64,000 nt of DNA from Clostridia bacterium (GCA_017453125.1 JAFTKS010000012.1:26632-90631), one strand, 5' to 3'; positions 18,201 to 26,529 are shown, numbered from the stretch's first letter. The notes: a model not told the origin generated them from the letters alone. Numbers and translations are program-made.

Positions 18201-18693
18201 GTAAAAATTCTTTAAGTTTTGCCATATTAAATGAACTAATATTAAATGTTTGTTGTAAAAAAGTATAGCAATCTCTTATATCAATTCTAGCTTCATCATT
18301 TTCATCAAAGAATTGGTAAAGAGCCTTCAACATTTTATATTTACTAACTCTAATAGTCTTTGTGCAATAGTAGTAATCTTCTGCATTGTCAGTTGGTCTT
18401 ACCCTATTATATTTTCTAGTTTGTATTTCTTCAGATTGTGGTTCTCTCACTATCTCATTATTAAAAGTTATATCAGATGTATCGAACTCATCTATTTTGT
18501 TTTGAACCAATTGAGATGTAATCATCTCTTTATTATCAAACAAAGAAATAAAATATGAGTATGAAAAAGATGTAATAGTTTCAAATCTTGGTTTTAAAGA
18601 TTTATATAAAAAACTACTACTTTGTGGTCCTACACAATTTTCATTCATAAAATCTAACGTAGCTTGTAATATTTGTAGTTCGATTTCACCCAT
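15208..18693 (-). CDS. Large (~1160 aa) protein with a central sigma70 region-4-like HTH and duplicated C-terminal domains
   Basis: LLRSQGQNLKRIGEMYGNTRQGIQQIEEK matches the sigma70 r4 HTH pattern; internal repeat KYNID.QFKLFSII...EF.RPYFANKGV 134 aa apart. Start at ATG 18693 (GAGGAG RBS). Confidence 0.75.
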   Translation of the reverse strand: MGEIELQILQATLDFMNENCVGPQSSSFLYKSLKPRFETITSFSYSYFISLFDNKEMITSQLVQNKIDEFDTSDITFNNEIVREPQSEEIQTRKYNRVRPTDNAEDYYYCTKTIRVSKYKMLKALYQFFDENDEARIDIRDCYTFLQQTFNISSFNMAKLKEFLQTDKFVLKSVVQQLLIQNTPESEQKGKTLDLKKYLLKDREKWIKVVKGLGVECLQYLAKNGLNSYISFNNLIKELVPDYNVNIELINPDIDKFINEEDYNVLFGFINLFSEEEFLEVLNDENSLTELLDMYVEELRKKKEVADFCKNLKQLLSNIHNDNKKAKIKHILPFEVLPALVKYDTVEDLINEKEENLAFLIDYNQVITNYVKVLQQSLPAFLNEKFKLLLQRVNASNVPNSKWEKYVEVLLLRSQGQNLKRIGEMYGNTRQGIQQIEEKYDELFASFYNSANGTLTRLIRAFVKNEWYMTIDDVGSIFNFYPELFYYLLKKEECDDIEYLEDLDIYYFIDNTDWYKEILSIVDRIEGVLTEEQFKTTIHECSKYLESIGVRIPLDIIEKILRLDFKQNGTVYSRNRMGLLLKYKQILAKAFPNGIRIYEKEDLDIFRAEYAKTFNDNQIPENDRALYGRIVASCYLVGKGKYALKKEKYISDELANKIYNYIQESNRDIFLTNTLYATFENELKAEGIDNKYHLQGVLKELYYNKLFFSRDYISKTGESTSIYNDIYNYVKQAEREVSIDQVMNEFKNVPYSVIITGLTNGNIIKLSGTYIHVDKLNMDKSDSEIFALAIDELLLENEYSNTHVLFDYLTKHNKSLLQKYNIDNQFKLFSIIQYYLQEQYEFRRPYFANKGVEIGHVRERIISYIKDNREVTFDELKDEFPEVMDSILYNTLSGDEIICCQKSYMHADNLNMTDEDKNLLKSSIINLCSDNKSHSSHELLMILDLKHSDLMSKYNIDSQFKLFSIIKCLFANDFEFLRPYFANKGVKILSRADRITDFLRQHDEIKISDFTSYITENRLYLASITQYINEMKDEYVFKDKETIISVEKSKLNKYNAQVAENVLLSTMDKDGFIVASRFKNYGFLPNDVKWTDWLLYSCINKFSTKIKVMQTENQMRNGEPLFVLKSIPAENIDELKSYLKDKLEMNDVLFVRYLQNKGLLS

Positions 18694-18791
18694 AGAAAAG
18701 TCTCCTCTCAAATCATTATAACATACAAATTCCTAATTTTCACCATTGTATGACAAAATTTTAAAAAAAATTCTAAAAATAGTTTTAACTA

Positions 18792-19256
18792 TTAATAGAA
18801 TGCTTTTTCTAAATATTTAATTATATCATTTTTTATCCTTCTAATTTTCTTAATATTCGGTTGATTTTTCAATTTGTTTTGTATAAATCTTTTCTGTTGT
18901 TCAGATAATTTTATAGGTGTAATATGTAGTTCTATAGAATGTATAACATCATCTAATAAATATTTATCAGAAACAATATCATAATCCTTTTTATTCCTTT
19001 CACATTCTCGTTTTAAAAATTCAAGTTCACTTTCATTTGGTTCTGGAACAAAAAACTCAAGATTAGAAAAATAATCATACAAACAATCTTCTATTTGTTT
19101 ATCATCAACTTTATCTTGCCCCTTTGCTATTTTAAACATTTCATCAATCAATTCTTCTTTTGTAATGACAGAATATCTTTCAACACCAAATTTTCTAGCT
19201 TCATTTCTTAATTTATGGATAGGTGTATCCATTAATTTTTTTCTTAAATCACTCAT
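18792..19256 (-). CDS. Protein with an N-terminal Rho_N/HeH-like motif
   Basis: TPIHKLRNEARKFGVERYSVITKEELIDEM resembles the Rho N-terminal helix-extension-helix. Confidence 0.55.
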   Translation of the reverse strand: MSDLRKKLMDTPIHKLRNEARKFGVERYSVITKEELIDEMFKIAKGQDKVDDKQIEDCLYDYFSNLEFFVPEPNESELEFLKRECERNKKDYDIVSDKYLLDDVIHSIELHITPIKLSEQQKRFIQNKLKNQPNIKKIRRIKNDIIKYLEKAFY

Positions 19257-19266
19257 ACAAATCCTT

Positions 19267-19824
19267 TTATGGTTTTATAACCACTACATCAATTCCCTTT
19301 TTCTTTGCTTTCTCAATGGTTGATTTAGTTCCACCACCCAAGCCATTATATAAAGCAATTACAAGAGATGAGTTGTTTAGCATATATTCATTTCTCTCAA
19401 TCATGCAACCGTCAACATATTCGTCATAAATACAACGAACACCGTCTAATTGCTTAACAAGTTTTCTATATCTATCAATTTGTGCTTGTGGCCACCTGTC
19501 ATATTGGTTTTTACAAGGTATTGCTCCAATCAATCTAATATTCGGATACTTCTTTTTAAGTTCTAATACAATTTCAGCGCAAATCATATCAAATCCAAGA
19601 GCCATACCACAAAGAAATGTTGTATATCCTCTTTGTATAGCTTTCTCAATTTCTGCCTTGGCATTTTCTTTCATTTCAATACAACGTGGATCTTTCTCAT
19701 TAAATTTCCAAGGCAACTTCTGTGCCCTATGACCTGTAAAGCATGCAGTCACTTCACTCATTAAATCAAAGATTTCTTGGCATTTGTCAATTATATCTTC
19801 AATTGATTTTCTTCCAAACAACAT
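19267..19824 (-). CDS. SLOG superfamily protein, YpsA/DUF1273 type
   Basis: TACFTGHR, FLCGMALGFD, AIPC..Q, ERNEYML, GGTKSTIEKA. Confidence 0.85.
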   Translation of the reverse strand: MLFGRKSIEDIIDKCQEIFDLMSEVTACFTGHRAQKLPWKFNEKDPRCIEMKENAKAEIEKAIQRGYTTFLCGMALGFDMICAEIVLELKKKYPNIRLIGAIPCKNQYDRWPQAQIDRYRKLVKQLDGVRCIYDEYVDGCMIERNEYMLNNSSLVIALYNGLGGGTKSTIEKAKKKGIDVVVIKP

Positions 19825-19976
19825 AACAAAACTCCCTTTTGATTGTTTTTATATACCTATTATAGCACAAAAAAGTCAAAAAACAACATTTTTGATTGTT
19901 TTTATGTGCTTATATTAAAAATTACTTATGCTAAAATATACTTACATTAAAACAATCGTTTAAGTTTGGAGTTTTT

Positions 19977-20219
19977 ATGAAATTAAATGAAGCTGTTGCT
20001 ATTAGAATTAGAGAAATATTAAAAGAAAGGAATATGACACAATATCGTTTAGAACAAAATGCTGGTATTACTCACAATACTATGCTAAGTTTAATGAATG
20101 GTAGATACAAAAGTTGTAATTTAACAACTGTTGTCTTGATTATTAGAGCTTTTGGTATGACAGTTTCAGAGTTCTTTAACCACCCTGTTTTTGAAAGTGA
20201 TGACTTAATTGTCGAATAA
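19977..20219 (+). CDS. XRE-family HTH regulator
   Basis: ILKERNMTQYRLEQNAGITHNTM..L.NG pattern. Confidence 0.85.
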   Translation: MKLNEAVAIRIREILKERNMTQYRLEQNAGITHNTMLSLMNGRYKSCNLTTVVLIIRAFGMTVSEFFNHPVFESDDLIVE

Positions 20220-20279
20220 TTCTAGTTTCCCTATATGAATAACCCCTATTTATTGCTAAAATATATAGGGGTTTTATTT

Positions 20280-20522
20280 ATGAAAATTACTGAAAGTGTA
20301 TCTTATAGAGTGAAAGAAATTTTAGAAGCAAGAAAGATGACACAATATCGCCTAGAACAACTGACAGGAATTAGTCATAATACAATGAGTTCCCTATTGA
20401 ATTGTAGATATGAGAGTTGCAATCTTAAAACAATTTTTATAATAATTGAAGCATTGGATTTGTCTATTCATCAGTTTTTTAACAGCCCAGCATTTGAGTT
20501 TTTTAATTTGGATATTGAGTAA
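20280..20522 (+). CDS. XRE-family HTH regulator, tandem paralog
   Basis: 44/80 aa identical to the preceding gene when started at ATG 20280. Confidence 0.85.
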   Translation: MKITESVSYRVKEILEARKMTQYRLEQLTGISHNTMSSLLNCRYESCNLKTIFIIIEALDLSIHQFFNSPAFEFFNLDIE

Positions 20523-20583
20523 TCAAGTTGCGTATATAGAGAAAAAGTCAACACTCAAAATGGTGTTGACTGTTTTTTCATGA

Positions 20584-21042
20584 CTATTTATATGCTATAC
20601 CCAATTTATCATAAACGAATTGTCGATATTCTTCAAGCCTATCTTGTGACTGTTTGCAAAACTTTACAATTAAATTTATGATATATATCATTCCATTTTT
20701 ATAGCTTTCCTTATCAAATTCATCAAAATCATTTAGATTAATTTGTTTCTGATTGATTACTATATCAAAAAACAAATTGTTTTTTCCATACTCATCAACA
20801 ACATAATCAGTCCCCACAATAAATGCTGTGCTCCAAGAACAAAAATTATAATGTCCTTGAATAACACTTAGAATATTATCAATTCTTCTTTTTACACTTT
20901 TTAAGCAGTCCAATCTATAAATATCTTCTTTTCTATTAAGTATTAGGTCTATTCTCTGTTTTAAACATCTTACCCTATACTCTGTTTTTGTTTTAGTTAA
21001 AAAACATTCATTTAACATATCTTCACCAAACATATTTATCAA
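20584..21042 (-). CDS. Hypothetical protein
   Basis: 152-aa ORF, AAGGAG RBS, bidirectional terminator at about 20543-20579 downstream. Confidence 0.6.
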   Translation of the reverse strand: MINMFGEDMLNECFLTKTKTEYRVRCLKQRIDLILNRKEDIYRLDCLKSVKRRIDNILSVIQGHYNFCSWSTAFIVGTDYVVDEYGKNNLFFDIVINQKQINLNDFDEFDKESYKNGMIYIINLIVKFCKQSQDRLEEYRQFVYDKLGIAYK

Positions 21043-21076
21043 TCTCCTTTTATAATTGATAGATATATTATGTCAC

Positions 21077-21105
21077 AGGTCGTTGTATCAAAATCAGATA
21101 CATCG
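21077..21105. promoter_or_regulatory. Dyad operator CGnTGTATC-N7-GATACAnCG, copy 2
   Basis: 27/29 nt identical to 157-185; about 35 bp upstream of the 20584..21042 start. Confidence 0.6.
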
Positions 21106-21273
21106 AAAGATAAAATCTTGTCTAAAAAGTGCAATTTATTGTCTAAATAAAGAAAAAACAGCACATAATTTGCTGTTTTTCAATGATACTTTTAATTTTA
21201 ACTCCTTTTATTAGATTTTTGTATTAGATATTTGTGGCAGTATCAAACCCTTAATTTAGACCATTGATTTGGT

Positions 21274-21921
21274 CTATGGTCCTATTATAGCAATAACGGG
21301 TGCCATAGCTGCACCCATATTATTTACATCATTAATTCCAAAATCTGTTACCTTCCCAAACGTCGCATTAGAAATACATATTTCTGTAACACCTGCACCC
21401 AAAACCATACAACCAGCTCCAGTAACAGTCCACTGACTAACAGGTGGACGCTGGTTTCCAAGCTCAAGAGGAAATCTATACTGCCTTTCCGCCGAACTAA
21501 AATGACTACCCGTTGCACAAGCTACCTTATCAAAATACCCACCATCAACAAATGTTGCACCGACAGCAATCGCTTCTGCCATTGTACTACAAGCACCATA
21601 CAAACCCAAATATGAAATATCAAACTCTCTTGCCGTAAAACTCGAAGAAATTATCTGATTAAGCAAATCCCCTGATATCAATAAATCAATATCTTTCGAC
21701 TTAATACCTGCATTATCTATAGCCCCTAATATACAATGTTCTAACATTTTTCTCTCGGCTCTTTCATAAGACTTCTCTCCAAAAGTATCATCTTTTAAAA
21801 TAAAATCAAAATATTTTGAAAAATTACCAGCACCTTCTTTTTCTCCAACAATTGCGTAATTTCCCAAAACACCAACAGGATTTGTAAAACTAATAGTTTG
21901 ATTACCTAATTTTTTGCCCAT
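21274..21921 (-). pseudogene. spoVAD: 5' portion of stage V sporulation protein AD, truncated
   Basis: SYEKAE-like SYERAERK, GDLLNQIISS, GLYGACSTMAE, SSHF-like GSHFSSAERQYRFPLELG, QWTVTGAG, NMGAAMAP; then VIAIIGP-stop. The conserved continuation is absent in all three frames; full SpoVAD is about 330-340 aa. Confidence 0.85.
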
Positions 21922-21927
21922 AACCAC

Positions 21928-22374
21928 CTACAAAAATAAATATACAAGACCTACAATAATAGATATTATTGTTCCATTTACAATAACAGGCCCCGCAACA
22001 CTAAACATCTTCACACACAAACCAAATATTATTCCCTCTTTTTTAAATTCAATAGCAGGACTTGTTATTGAATTTGAAAAACCGGTTATAGGAACAATTG
22101 AACCAGCACCCGCAAAAACTCCAATTCTATCATAAACACCTAAACCTGTTAATAAACTTGCTATAAAAATAAGAATAATCAACATCCAAGCATTTGCAGA
22201 ATCAATACTCATTTTGGGGAAAATAGCCATCAAAGCATCATTAATTCCTTGACCAATCATACAAATTACACCACCAACTATATACGCATATATTAAAGTT
22301 GGAAAATTTTTTGTCTTTGGTTTTTTAGCATTGACATAATCATTATATTTCTTATTTCGCTCTTGAACATTCAT
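21928..22374 (-). CDS. spoVAC: Stage V sporulation protein AC
   Basis: GGVICMIGQ, GVYDRIGVFAGAGSIVPITGFSNS, KMFSVAGPVIV. Confidence 0.95.
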   Translation of the reverse strand: MNVQERNKKYNDYVNAKKPKTKNFPTLIYAYIVGGVICMIGQGINDALMAIFPKMSIDSANAWMLIILIFIASLLTGLGVYDRIGVFAGAGSIVPITGFSNSITSPAIEFKKEGIIFGLCVKMFSVAGPVIVNGTIISIIVGLVYLFL

Positions 22375-22501
22375 ATTAATACCCCGCGTTAGATAGTAAA
22401 TAATTCCACAAAAATAAAAATTTTAAACATTTTAATTTTTTATAAATATTTTTTTGAAACAAGACCAAACTACATTTAGAAATAAATTTTTGGAGATATT
22501 T

Positions 22502-24805
22502 ATGAAAAAAACATTTATAATCTTAACAAGCCTATTGTTAATATGTATAATTTTCCTAGGCTGCAATACTGCAAATTCAACAATTAATACAAGCAAAGAA
22601 CTTAATAAAAACTTAAACATACTATCGAACACTGTTAACAAATTAGACACAGTTAACAATGAATATTTAGTAAGCAATGAACTATACTCACTACAAAACA
22701 CCAACAAAGCTACCATACCACTAAAAACAGAAAAAACAAGACTTGCTAATTCAACAAACGTTAGCATTATCGATGAGAAAAACTCAGAGCTTAAAGAATT
22801 ATTAAAAGACGAAATCATTTCAAGATTGTACTGCGATTCCGAAGGAAACTGTAAGTTGTGTAACGAACCTTACATTTGTGATAGTAACGGAATATGCTCA
22901 TCATGTAACAAATCAATAATTTGCGACGAGAATGGTAATTGCACTTATTGTAAAGACACACTTGTAATCAACGACAATAATTGCGAAAATTGCAACAATA
23001 GTTGCGTATCAAACACCTTATCAAACCATCAACTTTCACAAAACACAAAGCTAAACTTGCAAAAAATATCAAATCTTAACAAAACTTCTAGCGTACAAAA
23101 TATTGACAAAGTTAACTATGATGATGACATAAATATTAACGTAGTTGACAATATATCCAACCCTGAAGACACAAACACCACAGAAAATCCAAACACAGAC
23201 ACTCAAAACCAAGACAAACAAAACGAACCAACAATCAAATATTATTACTACAGTGAGGAAAGATTTAATCCGGATCTACTCAAATACAAACCTAGATTTG
23301 TTAATCAAATTAACTTTTCATCTGCAAACGATAATTTAAAAAACTATGTAGAAAAACTACAAAAGTTATACACCATGACAGCCGACGTTGTTGAAGCCAA
23401 CAATACACTTGCTAGCTACAAAGTAATTATTTTAGATGATATAACAGAAGCAAAAGAACTTAACGAATGCATTCTCAATGGAAATTGTGTACCATCAGAC
23501 AATCAAATGATTGCGCTTAGTAATTATATTGACGACATCAAAACCACTATCAACAATTTAAAAGACTGTAACGGAAATCTAACAAGCGAAATTAATAAAA
23601 TCGCAAATAGAAACACAGGTATCAATCAAAGCATAGACGTTACAAATAGTAATTATTTACGAATTCTAAATCAAATTGATACTCGCATTTCTTATCACGA
23701 AAACGCACTTGCAACATTAGAACAAATTAAATATTTACTTCAAGATGCTCAAAACAATAAAGCGAATACCTCAATCGAAGATCTAAACAATCAAACAAAC
23801 TTCAATGACAACGTAATTGATGACAGCACAAACACTCCGGATTTAAACAATGCAGAAATTCTCGTAGACCCAGACTCAAATTCTATTATTGTTACTTCTC
23901 CTGAAGAGACAGTGCCTGAAGATGACTCATTAATAACCAATCAAGATATTGAACAAAATGACAATTCTACAGAACACAATCAATCTAACGAAATCCCACC
24001 AATCACACCATCCGATCTTGATGATATGGTCCTAGATGCACCAATTCTTGAAAATAACTCTTCTATAAATAACACAACAGACAATGATGAAAAAGTAATC
24101 ACAAACGAATCTACTAATACTGCAAATACAGAAACCACATCAGTTACCGAGCAAACAATTATTGATGAAACTACTTCACCAATAGATGATACTGATAACG
24201 AATCAACAGATAATACAACTGAAATACCTAATGATTCTAATAGTGAAAATACCGAAGACAACACTAAAACCATCACTTCTGAAGAAGATACCGCTACACC
24301 TAGCGGAAATTTAGACACATATAATGAAAACACTTACTCAAACCTTCAGGACAACAACTCAAAACCAACTGAGACCACACCTGAAGACGAAGGTATTGAA
24401 ACAAGTCCTGATAATACCGATATTGTAGAAGCAAACCCAAATCAAAATACAAATCTGCTTACAGATGATTTAAATGAAACCATTTCAAATCAAAATGCTC
24501 CACAGATGGTTGACGGAGCTATTAATAGCGACATTGTTTTAAACAACGGAGGAACTAATAATTTAGTCAGCAATTCCAACACAAACTCAATTATTAGCCA
24601 AAACAATATCAACTCGAATGATATAGGAAATAATTCTTACAGATATGACGAACACGGAAACCTATACAACAATACAAATGGTTATGATAATAATAGCAAT
24701 CATAATATCAACAACAAAAACAATAATGTTAATACTTACGAATACAATACACTACTAGACAGCATTAACAGAGGAACAATTAATAACGGCATTAACAACC
24801 TTTAA
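22502..24805 (+). CDS. Large lipoprotein with Cys-rich repeats and an Asn/Thr/acidic low-complexity C-terminus
   Basis: ATG 22502 with GGAG RBS; MKK + hydrophobic stretch + FLG-C lipobox; three 15-aa CDxxGxCxxC repeats. Confidence 0.8.
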   Translation: MKKTFIILTSLLLICIIFLGCNTANSTINTSKELNKNLNILSNTVNKLDTVNNEYLVSNELYSLQNTNKATIPLKTEKTRLANSTNVSIIDEKNSELKELLKDEIISRLYCDSEGNCKLCNEPYICDSNGICSSCNKSIICDENGNCTYCKDTLVINDNNCENCNNSCVSNTLSNHQLSQNTKLNLQKISNLNKTSSVQNIDKVNYDDDININVVDNISNPEDTNTTENPNTDTQNQDKQNEPTIKYYYYSEERFNPDLLKYKPRFVNQINFSSANDNLKNYVEKLQKLYTMTADVVEANNTLASYKVIILDDITEAKELNECILNGNCVPSDNQMIALSNYIDDIKTTINNLKDCNGNLTSEINKIANRNTGINQSIDVTNSNYLRILNQIDTRISYHENALATLEQIKYLLQDAQNNKANTSIEDLNNQTNFNDNVIDDSTNTPDLNNAEILVDPDSNSIIVTSPEETVPEDDSLITNQDIEQNDNSTEHNQSNEIPPITPSDLDDMVLDAPILENNSSINNTTDNDEKVITNESTNTANTETTSVTEQTIIDETTSPIDDTDNESTDNTTEIPNDSNSENTEDNTKTITSEEDTATPSGNLDTYNENTYSNLQDNNSKPTETTPEDEGIETSPDNTDIVEANPNQNTNLLTDDLNETISNQNAPQMVDGAINSDIVLNNGGTNNLVSNSNTNSIISQNNINSNDIGNNSYRYDEHGNLYNNTNGYDNNSNHNINNKNNNVNTYEYNTLLDSINRGTINNGINNL

Positions 24806-24868
24806 TCTTTAAAAGTTAATACATTAATAAAAGAACACATATTATCAGACAAGACAATATGTGTTCTT

Positions 24869-25591
24869 TTAGTTTAGTTTTTGCTTTAATTTTTCCAATA
24901 TTTTGTTTTCAAGTCTACTAATTTGCACTTGCGAAACACCCAATTCGCTCGCAATTTCTTTTTGTGTTTTATCTCGAAAATACCTCAGTATTATAATTTT
25001 CTTTTCTCTGTCGGGCAAACTTTCAATTAATTTATATAATACTTGATTGTCAACAAAATCATTGGACTCATCTTCACTTTCAATTTTATCAATCAAATAT
25101 TGTTCTTTTCCACCATCGTCACCAACCAATGTAAACAAAGAAACTGGCTTATTTGATGAATCCATAGCATACACAACCTCCTGCGCACTTAATTCAAACT
25201 CTTTTGCAATAACATCAATCGATGGCGTTTCTTCAAATTCATTTAAATATTTTTCAATAAATTTGTTTATCTTTAACGCTAATTGTTTTGTACTACGAGA
25301 TACTTTAATTATGCCATTATCCCTAATAAAACGCTTAACTTCTCCAGCAATCATTGGAACTGCATATGTTGAAAACTTAACCCCAAAACTTTCATCAAAG
25401 TTATTAATGGCCTTCAAAAAACCCAAACTACCCAATTGATAAAGATCGTCAAACTCTATCCCTTTATTCAAATACCTTTTTATCACACTTTTTATAAGCG
25501 GAGAATTTTCCGCAATCAACCGCTCTTTTGCCTGAGAATCTCCCGACTGTGCCCTTTCTAATAATCTATTTGTTTCAAAAGCATCTAGCAT
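24869..25591 (-). CDS. sigF: Forespore sigma factor SigF
   Basis: DDLYQLGSLGFLKAINNFD..KFSTYAVPMIAGE; TQKEIASELGVSQVQISRLE; follows spoIIAA-spoIIAB. Confidence 0.92.
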   Translation of the reverse strand: MLDAFETNRLLERAQSGDSQAKERLIAENSPLIKSVIKRYLNKGIEFDDLYQLGSLGFLKAINNFDESFGVKFSTYAVPMIAGEVKRFIRDNGIIKVSRSTKQLALKINKFIEKYLNEFEETPSIDVIAKEFELSAQEVVYAMDSSNKPVSLFTLVGDDGGKEQYLIDKIESEDESNDFVDNQVLYKLIESLPDREKKIIILRYFRDKTQKEIASELGVSQVQISRLENKILEKLKQKLN

Positions 25592-25593
25592 TT

Positions 25594-26016
25594 CTACCTC
25601 GATATATTTTTAATCAACGTCACCCTAGTTCCTTTATCCTTATACGACTCAACAATCATTTTATCAACAAAGCCTTCCATAACAGTAAATCCCATTCCAC
25701 TTCTCTCCATATCTGGTTTACTTGTGTAAAACGGCTCTTTTGCCCTATCTATATCTTCAATCCCTATACCATTATCTATTATCTCAATTTTAACCTCGTC
25801 TTCTTTTAGAAAACAATTAATAGTAATTTTCCCAATTTTTTTATCATAAGCGTGCACAACTGCATTAGTAACAGCTTCACTTACGGCAGTTTTGATATCT
25901 GATATTGATTCAATATCTTTAACCACATTAGAACAAAAACTTGCTACCGCCAACCTTGCAAACGATTCATTTTCACTTAAAGAATCAAAAGTTAAATTCA
26001 TTTCATTTATGTACAT
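25594..26016 (-). CDS. spoIIAB: Anti-sigma F factor
   Basis: SENESFAR, IKTAVSEAVTNAVVHAY, DNGIGI, ERSGMGFTVME. Confidence 0.95.
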   Translation of the reverse strand: MYINEMNLTFDSLSENESFARLAVASFCSNVVKDIESISDIKTAVSEAVTNAVVHAYDKKIGKITINCFLKEDEVKIEIIDNGIGIEDIDRAKEPFYTSKPDMERSGMGFTVMEGFVDKMIVESYKDKGTRVTLIKNISR

Positions 26017-26026
26017 AATTCACCTC

Positions 26027-26335
26027 TTAGGATATTTTAGGCATTATTTCATATATGCCAGACATTTTCATAATTTTTTCTATGGTAGGATTGGGATTCA
26101 TAATATAAATGCCTTTCGACCTACTTTTTAAATTCTTGTATCTACCTATCAACACACCTATTCCAGTACTATCCATAAATTCCAAATTTTCAAAATCAAA
26201 AATAACTTCGTTAAACTTTTCTTTCAAAAATGTACTATCCAAAATTTCTCTAGTGAACTTTGCAGTATATTCATCAAGTTCTCCTTGCAAATATATATGT
26301 AATACATTATTTATATTTTTGCATTCCACATTCAT
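26027..26335 (-). CDS. spoIIAA: Anti-sigma F factor antagonist (STAS)
   Basis: LQGELDEY, FMDSTGIGVLIGRYK. Confidence 0.93.
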   Translation of the reverse strand: MNVECKNINNVLHIYLQGELDEYTAKFTREILDSTFLKEKFNEVIFDFENLEFMDSTGIGVLIGRYKNLKSRSKGIYIMNPNPTIEKIMKMSGIYEIMPKIS

Positions 26336-26500
26336 AACAATACTCCTTTTATAAGTTTACATTTAATTATTGACACATTAATTATCACATAAACATTGTA
26401 GCAAATATAAAGTTAAAAATTTTTGGACATTTAGTATAAATTACACAAAATTTGTAAATAAAATTTTTCAAAAAATAATTAATTAATTTGTATAAAATTC

Positions 26501-26529
26501 TTGACAAGCTATTAATAATATAGTAAAAT
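26501..26529 (+). promoter_or_regulatory. SigA promoter of the tRNA cluster
   Basis: TTGACA-17-TAAAAT. Confidence 0.8.

Larger units (their letters stand above)
1..21297. mobile_element. Accessory/defence island, probably an element integrated within spoVAD (left end outside window)
   Basis: R-M and orphan gene content; right boundary coincides with abrupt loss of SpoVAD similarity. No recombinase is visible in the window. Confidence 0.55.

Noticed and set aside
8514-18693. Assignment to DISARM, BREX, Dnd/Dpd or Mza
   Set aside because: No recognisable DrmA/B/C, PglZ/BrxC, Dnd/Dpd enzymes, Z1 or AIPR genes in the window.
15208-18693. Calling the large protein an alternative sigma factor
   Set aside because: Only a region-4-like HTH is visible; there is no region 2 core-binding or -10 recognition motif.
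22432-24333. Antisense ORFs 22432..22818 and 23980..24333, and similar short shadow ORFs throughout the track
   Set aside because: They lie opposite or inside longer well-supported genes and reflect codon bias or low complexity.
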